Origin: Vulcanimicrobiota bacterium
GTDB lineage: Bacteria > Vulcanimicrobiota > Vulcanimicrobiia > Vulcanimicrobiales > Vulcanimicrobiaceae
Length of the DNA stretch: 30,144 nt
Assembly: GCA_003135555.1 (NCBI GenBank)
Contig: PLCF01000092.1
Location: 1 to 30,144, forward strand
Reading direction: 5' to 3'
The notes beneath the pieces are model-generated. The model was not told the DNA's origin and did not search any database. It saw only the letters and a list, made by a program, of their open reading frames with translations. Of this stretch, positions 1 through 7,985 are shown piece by piece. Every line of letters begins with the position of its first letter. Position 1 is the first letter of the stretch. A program made the position numbers and the translations under genes.

Positions 1-1122
1 TTCTACGCCGAGCACTTCGGCGCATCACCGACCATCGTCGGCGCCATTTATTCCACGGTTGCCGTCTGCGCGCTTGTCTCGTCACCGTTCTGGGGGCGCC
101 TCAGCGATCGTATCGGGCGCAAGGGAGTGTTGATCGCTGCACAGGTCGCGGGCCTGCTCGGGTTCTCGCTTCTCGCCGCCGGAACAGCGTTGTGGACCGT
201 TTTCGTCGCCCGCGCCATCGAAGGTCTGGGGGGTGGCGGCCTGGGTGTGACGCAGGCCTACATCACCGACGTCACCACCCCGGCCAATCGCGCTCGCGCG
301 TTCGGCCTGCTCGGCGCGACCTTCGGGCTGGGCTTTTTGATCGGCCCGGCGCTGGCCGGAACGCTGGTTCGCTACGGCTACTGGGTACCGTTCGGCATAG
401 CGGCGGCGCTGCAGCTCCTCACGGTCGTCATGACGCTGATGCTGCTGCCCGAGTCCAAAGGCGCCGTGAAGACCGCGCCGACACTCGACGAGATCCGCAC
501 TTCCTTGCAATCGCCGGTGCTCGGGCGCCTGATCCTTACCCAGTTCGCGTTCGCGATCGCGTTCACGTCGTGGGTGACGGTGTTCGCGCTGTATGCGGAG
601 CGCGTCTTCGGCTTTGGCCCGGTGCAGACGTCGTACCTCTTCATCGTGTCGAGCGTGGTCGCCATCGCCGTGCAGACCCTGTTGATCGGGCCGCTGGTCG
701 ACCGGCACGGTGAAGGCCGCGTCGCGGTCGCCGGCCTCGCCCTCGCGGTGCTAGCGTATGGCGGCGTCGGCTTCGTGACGAACCTGCCGTGGCTGTTCGT
801 TTTCGTCGCGCTGTGGTCGCTCTCTGGCGCGCTCATCAGGCCGGCGCTGGGCGCGCTCGTCTCGGGCGCCGCTCCACCCGAACAGCGCGGAACCATTCTG
901 AGCGTCAACGACAGCCTCAACAGCGTCGCGTTCGTGATGGCGCCGTTCATCTCGACCACGGCGCTGCGCATAAACCCGCATGCTACCGGAGTCGTTCCCG
1001 CGGTCTTCGCCTGCGTCGCGCTCGCGATCGGCTATCGATTGCTCGCCGTGCCGCGAACGGCCGACGCGGCCGCAGCGGCCGAGGACGATCTTCGCGGCAC
1101 GCCGACCGGCGCGCCTCAGTAA
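1..1122 (+). CDS. MFS transporter, TetA/DHA1-like (5'-truncated by window edge)
   Basis: Frame is open from base 1 (FYAEHFGASPTIVGAIYS...). MFS motif A GRLSDRIGRK, motif C-like GFLIGPALAG and many hydrophobic helices; stop TAA at 1120-1122. Confidence 0.93.
   Translation, partial: FYAEHFGASPTIVGAIYSTVAVCALVSSPFWGRLSDRIGRKGVLIAAQVAGLLGFSLLAAGTALWTVFVARAIEGLGGGGLGVTQAYITDVTTPANRARAFGLLGATFGLGFLIGPALAGTLVRYGYWVPFGIAAALQLLTVVMTLMLLPESKGAVKTAPTLDEIRTSLQSPVLGRLILTQFAFAIAFTSWVTVFALYAERVFGFGPVQTSYLFIVSSVVAIAVQTLLIGPLVDRHGEGRVAVAGLALAVLAYGGVGFVTNLPWLFVFVALWSLSGALIRPALGALVSGAAPPEQRGTILSVNDSLNSVAFVMAPFISTTALRINPHATGVVPAVFACVALAIGYRLLAVPRTADAAAAAEDDLRGTPTGAPQ
1096..1115 (-). promoter_or_regulatory. Bacterial SECIS-like stem-loop
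   Basis: Minus-strand GGCGCGCC-GGUC-GGCGUGCC: 8-bp stem (one G-U) starting 12 nt after the UGA, with the loop 20 nt after it. GGUC matches the apical-loop core of the E. coli fdhF SECIS. Confidence 0.78.
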
Positions 1123-1376
1123 ACCGTTCAACCGCGCGGCGGTGAGCCCCAGCCCGACTGCACGTACGCGCCGTCGACCACGATCGCCGGAACGGTCGGG
1201 TCGCCGCCGGTGAACGCGAACATCGCGGCGCGGTGCGCGGGGTCGTTCTGCGCGTCGTAAACCGTGTACGGGTAGGCGCGCGCGTCGAAGTGCGCCCGCG
1301 CCTGCACGCAGTAGGGACAGGTCGGCGAGATGTACATCTCGACGCGATGGCCCGGTTCGAGCGCTTCGAGGTCCAT
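1116..1376 (-). CDS. Glutaredoxin-like (CPYC) protein, probable selenoprotein with C-terminal G-U-T-V-Y-stop (UXX-star-like)
   Basis: CPYC active site and TVP cis-Pro motif (GDPTVPAIVVDG). In-frame TGA at 1128-1130 is followed by ACG GTT TAC TGA and a SECIS-like hairpin. Without Sec readthrough the CDS ends at 1128. Confidence 0.85.
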
Positions 1377-1380
1377 GCGC

Positions 1381-2649
1381 TCAGCCCGGTCCCGCGCCGC
1401 CGGCGTCGGCTTCGGCCGCCTCGATCGCCAGCGTCAGCTCACGCAGGAACGAGGACGCGTCCATCACGATGCCCAGCGTTTGGTGCGAGCCGCGGTCGGT
1501 GAGCTTGGTCACCGAGGCCGGGTTGATGTCGACGCTGACGGTCTTGCACGCCGCCGGGAGCAAATTGCCTACGGCGATCGAGTGCAAAAGCGTGCACACC
1601 ATGATCGCCATCCCGATCTCGGGGACGTGCTTGCGCATCGCACGCTGGCACTCGATCACGTCGGTGATGACGTCGGGGACGGGCCCGTCGTCACGGATCG
1701 ACCCGCACAGCACGACCGGAATGTCTTTGCGATAGGCCTCGTACATCACGCCCGCGGTCAGCATCCCACGCTCGATGGCGTTGCGGATCCCGCCCACGGC
1801 ACGCAGCCGGTTCACCGTGCGCAAGTGGTGAACGTGGCCTTCTTCGGCTGGGAAGGCGTCCTCGAGGTTGACGCCCAGCGAGGTCCCGAAAAATTGGGCT
1901 TCCATGTCGTGCACGGCAAGCGCGTTGCCCGCATAGAGCGCGGTGATGTAGCCGTCGCGGATCAGGTCGGCGAGATACGGTCCCGCGCCGGTGTGGATGA
2001 TCGCGGGCCCGCCGACGAACAAGATGCGCTTGCCCGACGCGCGCACCGCCAACAGCTCGCGCGCCAGCTCGCCGAGCAGCGCGTGGCGCGGTTTCTCGCT
2101 CGATACTGCGCTGGCCATGAACTCGAACACCGCTTTGCGACGCTCGCGCTGCGGCATCGCCACCTTCACGCCTTCGTGTCCGACGACGATCGCTTCACCG
2201 GCCTTCACGTCCGAAGGCGGAACGGTGATCGCGCCACCGTCGTCGATGCGGATCGCGCAGTCCATCTCCGGGAAGGCGACCGGCATCCACACTCCCCCGA
2301 TGCGCACTTCGGTCAGGTAGTTCGTCGTGGCGTAGAACTCGTCGGGGAGCACGCCGTCGGCCGGCGCCGGCTCGGTCGAGATGTCGCCTTCGTCGACGAC
2401 CTCGGCGCCGGATTCGCGCAGCCTGTCGATGAGGTCGTCGAGGTACGCCTTGTCGGCGGCTTCGATCGCCAGGCGGGCGTAGGACGCATCGAGCTTGGTC
2501 CGGCCCGAGTCGAACTCTTCGATCACGTACGCGGCGCGCTCGTGGTCGGTGAGGATCCCCAGCACGCGGTTGAAGATGCCCGAGTCGATGATGTGACCGC
2601 GCAGCTCGATCCGGCGGACGACCGTCGGGGACGGCGAAGCGGAGCTCAT
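1381..2649 (-). CDS. TIGR00300-family protein (ornithine cyclodeaminase-like; LOR/SDH conserved region, ArgZ/AgrE C-terminal-like)
   Basis: Family motifs ELRGHIIDSG, APADGVLPDEFYATTN, EMDCAI, FEFMASAVSSEKP, GGPAIIHTG, GNALAVHDME, GSIRDDGP, LLHSIAVGNLLP, VDINPASVTKLTDRGS. Start placed at ATG 2649. Confidence 0.88.
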   Translation of the reverse strand: MSSASPSPTVVRRIELRGHIIDSGIFNRVLGILTDHERAAYVIEEFDSGRTKLDASYARLAIEAADKAYLDDLIDRLRESGAEVVDEGDISTEPAPADGVLPDEFYATTNYLTEVRIGGVWMPVAFPEMDCAIRIDDGGAITVPPSDVKAGEAIVVGHEGVKVAMPQRERRKAVFEFMASAVSSEKPRHALLGELARELLAVRASGKRILFVGGPAIIHTGAGPYLADLIRDGYITALYAGNALAVHDMEAQFFGTSLGVNLEDAFPAEEGHVHHLRTVNRLRAVGGIRNAIERGMLTAGVMYEAYRKDIPVVLCGSIRDDGPVPDVITDVIECQRAMRKHVPEIGMAIMVCTLLHSIAVGNLLPAACKTVSVDINPASVTKLTDRGSHQTLGIVMDASSFLRELTLAIEAAEADAGGAGPG

Positions 2650-3487
2650 GGGGCTCGTGTTCGTACCGACTCCGCTCGGCAACCTCCGCGACGTCACGTT
2701 GCGCGCCATCGACGTGCTGCGCGACGCCTCGCTCGTCGTCGCCGAAGACTCCCGCGTCACGCGCCGGATCCTGAGCGCCCTGGAGATCGGCGGGAAAGAG
2801 ATCTGGACCTATCACGACCACAACGCGCACGCGACGACGCCCTCGATCCTCGAGCGCGCGCGCTCCGAGACGGTCGCGGTGGTGACCGACGCCGGGACGC
2901 CGGGGATCAGCGATCCGGGCTCGGCGCTCATCGCAGCCGCCCGTGAGGCCGGAGTCGCGGTCGAGGTCTTGCCGGGGCCGGCGGCCTTCGTCTGCGCCGC
3001 CGTGCTCTCGGGGTTCGACCTGCGCCGCTTCGCCTTCGCCGGCTTTCCGCCGCGGGCCGGCGCGGCGCGGCGCGCGGCGCTGCGCGCGAGCCTTGCAACC
3101 ACGACGGTGTGGTACGAAGCGCCGCACCGCATCCTCGCCTGCTTAGCCGACCTCGCGGCGGTCGCTCCGGATCGGCGCGTATTCCTGGTGCGTGAGCTGT
3201 CCAAACTCTACGAGCAACAGGTCTTGGGCACCGCGGCGGAGATCGCCGGCGCGCTCGAAGTGCCGGTGCGCGGGGAGATCGCGTTCGTCGTCGAGGGCGC
3301 CCCAGACGCCACGCCGGCCTCGGCGCCGCCGCAAGCGGACGTCGACGCCGCGATCGACGCGCTGGTTGCCCAGGGGCTCACCACGTCGGCGATCGCCAAG
3401 CGGCTCGCCGAAGCAGGTCACGGCGAGCGCCGTCACCTCTACACGCGCGTCGGCGACCGGCGCACAGGCCGCGACGAACCGGGGTGA
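2648..3487 (+). CDS. rsmI: 16S rRNA (cytidine1402-2'-O)-methyltransferase
   Basis: PTPLGNLRDVTLRA, AEDSRVT, DAGTPGISDPG, YEAPHRI, RELSKLYE, RGEI motifs. Confidence 0.95.
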   Translation: MGLVFVPTPLGNLRDVTLRAIDVLRDASLVVAEDSRVTRRILSALEIGGKEIWTYHDHNAHATTPSILERARSETVAVVTDAGTPGISDPGSALIAAAREAGVAVEVLPGPAAFVCAAVLSGFDLRRFAFAGFPPRAGAARRAALRASLATTTVWYEAPHRILACLADLAAVAPDRRVFLVRELSKLYEQQVLGTAAEIAGALEVPVRGEIAFVVEGAPDATPASAPPQADVDAAIDALVAQGLTTSAIAKRLAEAGHGERRHLYTRVGDRRTGRDEPG

Positions 3488-3500
3488 CGAAACGGAGCGC

Positions 3501-5024
3501 GTGCCCGACCAGCGCCCGTTTTACGTCACGACCCCGATCTACTACATCAGCGGCACGCCGCACATCGGGCACGCCTACACCTCGATCGCCGCCGACGTTC
3601 TGGTGCGCACGGCGCGCGCACACGGTCCTGCGCGGTCGCTGACCGGAACCGACGAACACGGCCAAAAAGTCGCCGCCGCAGCGGCCGCGGCCGGGCTGAC
3701 GCCGCACGCGTACGTCGATTCGCTCGCGCCGCGCTGGCGCGCGTTGGCGCCGGCGTTCGACGCTCGATTCGACGACTTCATCCGCACGACCGAGCCGCGT
3801 CACGCGCGCACCTCGCTCGCGCTCTTCGAGCGAATGCGGGCCAACGGCGACGTGTACGAGGGCGTCTACGAGGGCTGGTACTGCACCCACGACGAGACCT
3901 TCTGGCCCGAGGCGAAGCTCGTCGACGGCCGCTGCCCCAACCCGGAGTGCCGGCGCTCCGTCGAGTGGCTGTCGGAGAAGAACTGGTTCTTCCGGCTCTC
4001 GGCGTATCGCGATCGGCTGATCGCGCACTTTCGCGCCAAGCCCGAGTTCTTGCGGCCGCAAGCGCGCTACAACGAGATGATGGCGGTGCTCGAGGGCGGG
4101 CTCGAAGATCTGTCGATCTCACGCTCCTCGTTCGACTGGGGCATCCCGCTGCCGGGCGGCGGCGTGATCTACGTGTGGTACGACGCGCTGATCAACTACA
4201 TCAGCGCGCTTGGCTGGCCCGACGATCCCGACGGCCTCTACGCGACCTTCTGGCCCGGGATGCACCTCATCGGCAAAGAGATCGCGCGTTTCCATACGCT
4301 GATTTGGCCGGCGATGCTGTGGTCGGCCGGGTTGCCCGAACCGACCCGCGTGTTCGCGCACGGCTGGATCACCGTCGAAGGCGAAAAGATGTCCAAGAGC
4401 TTGGGCAACGTCATCGATCCGTTCGCGCTCATCGAGGAGTTCGGACCCGATCCGGTGCGCTATTTCTTGTTGCGCGAAGCCCCGTTCGGCAGCGACTTCT
4501 CGATCTCGGTCGAGAAGTTGCGCCAGCGCTACAACAGCGACCTCGGCAACGACTTGGGAAATTTGCTGCGGCGGTCGCTGGCGATGTTGCAGAAGTACCG
4601 CGACGGGCTGGTGCCGCAGCCCAGCGAAGGTGCACTGCAAGAGCGTCTTACCGATTTGCCGGCGCTGGTGAACGAGCACGTAATGTGCCTGCGCTTCCGC
4701 GAAGCGCTCGACGAGATCTGGACCGTCGTGACATATCTCAACCGCACGATCGACGAGCGCAAACCGTGGGAGCTCTACAAGCACAACCGCGCGAATGAGC
4801 TCGACGCATTACTCTACGACTTGTGCGAAGGGCTGCGCTGGCTTAGCCTCCTGCTGTTCCCGTACATGCCCGCCAAAGCGACCGAGATGTGGCAGCAGCT
4901 CGGACTCGACGGCACACCCGAACGCCTGTGGGCCGACGAGCTGGTGTGGGGGCGCCTCGCCGCGGGGACGCAAACGAATCCCGGCGTGGCGCTGTTCCCG
5001 CGCCTGGAACCGCCGGCGGCCTAG
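3501..5024 (+). CDS. metG: Methionine--tRNA ligase, short form without C-terminal dimerisation/tRNA-binding domain
   Basis: FYVTTPIYY, HIGH, TGTDEHGQK, YVWYDALINY and KMSKS motifs, single Zn knuckle. GTG 3501 is preceded by GGAG at 3494-3497. Confidence 0.96.
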   Translation: MPDQRPFYVTTPIYYISGTPHIGHAYTSIAADVLVRTARAHGPARSLTGTDEHGQKVAAAAAAAGLTPHAYVDSLAPRWRALAPAFDARFDDFIRTTEPRHARTSLALFERMRANGDVYEGVYEGWYCTHDETFWPEAKLVDGRCPNPECRRSVEWLSEKNWFFRLSAYRDRLIAHFRAKPEFLRPQARYNEMMAVLEGGLEDLSISRSSFDWGIPLPGGGVIYVWYDALINYISALGWPDDPDGLYATFWPGMHLIGKEIARFHTLIWPAMLWSAGLPEPTRVFAHGWITVEGEKMSKSLGNVIDPFALIEEFGPDPVRYFLLREAPFGSDFSISVEKLRQRYNSDLGNDLGNLLRRSLAMLQKYRDGLVPQPSEGALQERLTDLPALVNEHVMCLRFREALDEIWTVVTYLNRTIDERKPWELYKHNRANELDALLYDLCEGLRWLSLLLFPYMPAKATEMWQQLGLDGTPERLWADELVWGRLAAGTQTNPGVALFPRLEPPAA

Positions 5025-5033
5025 GAGCCTGCC

Positions 5034-5993
5034 CTACGGCGGCGCGTAGTTCGGGTCGCCGTTCGCGCGCTCGCGCTCGATGAGCGCCTGACACTCCGCT
5101 TTGTAGAAAACGCACACCAGGCGTGAAAATGCGAACGGGTGCGGGAGCGTCCAGCCCACGGGCGGATCTTGCACGGTGTAGCGCCGGTACGGATGGTCGA
5201 CGGGATCGTCGTTGCGGTTGAAGTGCTGCGGCCACGGGATGAGCACGTGCTCGCTGAAACCGTCGCTGTAGACGAAGTCGCAGTCTTCGTAGTGCCAGAC
5301 GGTATTGCCGCGGTACCACGTCTGCGCGGCGATGCACTGACCTTGTGCGTTGGTCAGGTCGCCACGCGATCCGGCCATGACCTGCTGGTAGTGCTTCATC
5401 GTGGTCGCGGCGTGATGCGTCTGCGGCGGGACGCTCAAGGCATGTTGCGCCTGCGCGATCGTCTTGCTGAACTGCGCGTCGAGCGCCGCGATCTGCTGCG
5501 GCGAGTACGCCGATCTCGACGCCGGCTTGGGGGTGGAAACCTCGCGCGACGTCGGCTCGGGGGTGGGCTCGAGCGTCGGCTGCGCACGCGGATGATGGAT
5601 TTGGGCCGGTTCGGGACGGTATGTCGGCTCGGTGGTCGGTACGACCGTTGGGCGGCTGGTCGGGACGGCGACGGGCGGCAGCGTCGGCAGCTCGGGCCGT
5701 TGCGGCGCCGGGACCACCGCGACCCGCTTGGGCCGCGGCTGCGGGCGGCGCGGGCGCGGCCGCGCCCGGTGGGATTCGTGCGGGACGGTGCGCCGCTCGA
5801 TCGTGATCGAGTCGGAGAGCGCGACGATCTCGGGCGTCGGGCGCGGCAGCAGCTTCGCGACGATCGGCGCGAGCCGTTGGCTCAGCAGCAACCACGCCCC
5901 ACCGCCCACGAGGTGGACCAGGAACGACAGAAGCAGGGCGATGATAACGAGCCGGCGCCCGCTCCGGTCGTCGCGCTCGGGGAACAACTGCAC
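5034..5993 (-). CDS. Hypothetical membrane-anchored Pro-rich protein (TonB/TolA-like architecture) with 4-Cys C-terminal domain
   Basis: N-terminal TM helix with SxxxH (LLSFLVHL), long P/T/R-rich linker, and globular C-terminal domain. Fills the metG-tatD gap exactly. Confidence 0.75.
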   Translation of the reverse strand: MQLFPERDDRSGRRLVIIALLLSFLVHLVGGGAWLLLSQRLAPIVAKLLPRPTPEIVALSDSITIERRTVPHESHRARPRPRRPQPRPKRVAVVPAPQRPELPTLPPVAVPTSRPTVVPTTEPTYRPEPAQIHHPRAQPTLEPTPEPTSREVSTPKPASRSAYSPQQIAALDAQFSKTIAQAQHALSVPPQTHHAATTMKHYQQVMAGSRGDLTNAQGQCIAAQTWYRGNTVWHYEDCDFVYSDGFSEHVLIPWPQHFNRNDDPVDHPYRRYTVQDPPVGWTLPHPFAFSRLVCVFYKAECQALIERERANGDPNYAPP

Positions 5994-6013
5994 GGGGAAC
6001 CTAAAGTTTCACC
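5994..6013. promoter_or_regulatory. Putative overlapping bidirectional -10 elements for leaderless transcripts
   Basis: 20-bp gap with TAAAGT (6002-6007, +) 6 nt before the tatD ATG and TAGGTT (5998-6003, -) 4 nt before GTG 5993; no clear SD. Confidence 0.5.
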
Positions 6014-6811
6014 ATGATCGACACGCACGCCCACGTGCACGACCGCGCGTTCGACGAGGACCGCGACGCCATGCTGGCGCGGGCGCGCGACCGCGGGGTC
6101 GACGCGATCGTAACCGTCGGCTGTGACGTCGAGGATAGCGGGCGTGCCTGTGAGGTGGCCCAGAGATACGGCCTGTCGGCGACGATCGGCATCCACCCGC
6201 ACGAAGCCAAAGGCGCGCCCGACGATCTCGGCGCGGCCTTCGACGCGCTGCGAGCGCGCTTCGGGGAGCGCATCGTCGCGGTCGGCGAGACCGGCCTGGA
6301 CTATCACTACGACCACAGCCCGCGCGACGTGCAGCGGCGCGTCTTCGCCGCGCAGCTCGAGTACGCAAGCAGGTGCGGCCTGCCGCTGGTCTTTCACCAG
6401 CGCGAAGCGCACGCCGACTTCGTCGCCGGCCTGCGCGCCGGCTTCGACGGGCGGACCCAGCGTGGGATCGTACACTGCTTCACCGGTACGCCGCAGGAGG
6501 CGCGGGTGTTCACCGGCGACTTCGGCCTCGTACTCGGGATCGGGGGCGTCGTGACGTTCAAGACGGCGCAATCGCTGCGTGACGCGGTCCGGGAGGTGGG
6601 GCTCGACGCGATCGTGCTCGAGACGGACTGCCCGTATCTCGCGCCGATCCCGCATCGCGGCAAGCGCAACGAGCCGGCGTTCGTCGCCGACACCGCGCGC
6701 GTCGTCGCCGAGGTGCTCGACGTCGACCTCGAGACGGTGGTGGCGCGCGCCGACGCCAACGCGCGGCGCGTGTTCGGCGCTTCGCCCCCGCTCCGGACGG
6801 TCACGGCGTGA
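6014..6811 (+). CDS. tatD: TatD family hydrolase/DNase
   Basis: IDTHAH, GIHPH, VGETGLDY, FHQREA, HCFTG, LETDCPYLAP, RGKRNEPA. Confidence 0.95.
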   Translation: MIDTHAHVHDRAFDEDRDAMLARARDRGVDAIVTVGCDVEDSGRACEVAQRYGLSATIGIHPHEAKGAPDDLGAAFDALRARFGERIVAVGETGLDYHYDHSPRDVQRRVFAAQLEYASRCGLPLVFHQREAHADFVAGLRAGFDGRTQRGIVHCFTGTPQEARVFTGDFGLVLGIGGVVTFKTAQSLRDAVREVGLDAIVLETDCPYLAPIPHRGKRNEPAFVADTARVVAEVLDVDLETVVARADANARRVFGASPPLRTVTA

Positions 6812-7842
6812 TCGTGAGCGGCGCCGAGCGGCGCGTACGCGATACCCCGGCGATCTCGACGGAGCACGAATCGCGCTGCATGATCTTCACCGGCAAGGAC
6901 ACGGCCCGCGCGCTCAAGGACCCCAGCGAGATCTCCGAGCTGCTCAAGGACGCCGACAACCTGGTGTGGTTCGATCTCGCCGAGCCGACCCAGGCCGATC
7001 TGCAGCTGCTCCAGGACGAGTTCAACTTGCATCCGACCGCGATCGAGGATGCGGCGCTGGTACACGAGCGCCCCAAGATCGAGAACTACGACGGCTACCT
7101 GCTCGTCGTGCTGCACGCCGCGTCGCTCGAGGCCGGGGCGTTGACGATGCACGAGCTGGCCGTCTTCGTGGGCTCGAACTTCGTCGTCACGATCCGGGCC
7201 CATCCGGTGTACCCGCTCGACGAGATCGAGCGGCGTTGGCTCTCCAAGAGCGCGATCCCGCACACCGCGACCGCCTTGCTGTACGTGATCCTCGACGTCG
7301 TCGTCGACGGGTATCACCCCGTCGCTGCCGCCTACGACGAGCGGCTGGTGGAGCTGGAGAATCGCGTGCTGGGCCGCGAGCGCCATCATCCGCAGCACGT
7401 GCTGCGGCAGGTCCTCGAGTTCAAGCGGGACCTCATCCGGTTGCGCCACGCCGTCGCCCCGGTGCGCGACATCCTCTCGCCGCTGTTGCGCGGCGAGTTC
7501 GCGCCGCTCGAACCCGCTGTCGTGGCATACTTCCGGGACGTGCAAGATCACGCGCTGCGCGTCACCGATCAGATCGACTCGATCCGCGACCTCCTCAACA
7601 GCACGCTCGACATCCACCTGTCGTCTGAGGCGCACCGCCAAGGCGAGGTCTCCAGGCAGCTCACGATCATCGCGACCATCTTTCTGCCGCTGTCGTTCAT
7701 CACGGGCTTCTTCGGCCAGAACTTCGGCTGGATGGTCAACCGCATCGACAAGCCCGGACACTTCTGGTTCATCGGGGTCGGCGCCCAGCTCATCACGCTC
7801 GCCTTGCTTTTCGTCTACTTCCGTTACAAGCGCTGGTTCTAG
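6808..7842 (+). CDS. corA: CorA-family divalent cation transporter
   Basis: LHPTAIEDA, RPKIENY, YFRDVQDH and two C-terminal TMs with LTIIATIFLPLSFITGFFGQNF. GTGA overlap with tatD; alternative ATG at 6880. Confidence 0.9.
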   Translation: MIVSGAERRVRDTPAISTEHESRCMIFTGKDTARALKDPSEISELLKDADNLVWFDLAEPTQADLQLLQDEFNLHPTAIEDAALVHERPKIENYDGYLLVVLHAASLEAGALTMHELAVFVGSNFVVTIRAHPVYPLDEIERRWLSKSAIPHTATALLYVILDVVVDGYHPVAAAYDERLVELENRVLGRERHHPQHVLRQVLEFKRDLIRLRHAVAPVRDILSPLLRGEFAPLEPAVVAYFRDVQDHALRVTDQIDSIRDLLNSTLDIHLSSEAHRQGEVSRQLTIIATIFLPLSFITGFFGQNFGWMVNRIDKPGHFWFIGVGAQLITLALLFVYFRYKRWF

Positions 7843-7957
7843 GCCTTGCCCGTCAAAGCTCGCGCTTTGCGCGACCTTTGTCGGTCAAAGCCGCGCCCAT
7901 TCGGGCGCCCTACGCCGAGGGTCCGTGCCTGTCGGCGGGCTTTGGCATGAGGGCGGC
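7843..7957 (+). other. Highly structured intergenic element (candidate ncRNA, cis-element or repeat)
   Basis: Three-way junction 7884-7892/7938-7946, 7893-7898/7903-7908 and 7913-7918/7932-7937, plus upstream hairpins and direct repeat GTCAAAGC (7852, 7884). Confidence 0.4.
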
Positions 7958-7985
7958 ATCACCGCGTTCGTCTAAGATGGGCGGG

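Noticed and set aside
1330..2946. Long alternative-frame and antisense ORFs (e.g. 1330..2946 +, 6394..7761 -, 11234..12595 -, 21679..23571 -, 27921..29381 -)
   Set aside because: Shadow ORFs typical of high-GC DNA: Arg/Gly-rich, motif-free, and overlapping well-supported genes.
3192..3500. Long N-terminal extensions in the ORF track (metG, tatA, ccsA, mobA, hemL, ArnT-like, menG)
   Set aside because: They overlap neighbouring genes or intergenic signals; downstream starts fit homology, SD or -10 elements and stop/start coupling.
6014..6811. tatD as part of the Tat export system near tatAC
   Set aside because: TatD is a cytoplasmic nuclease not needed for Tat export; its position follows the usual metG-tatD linkage.
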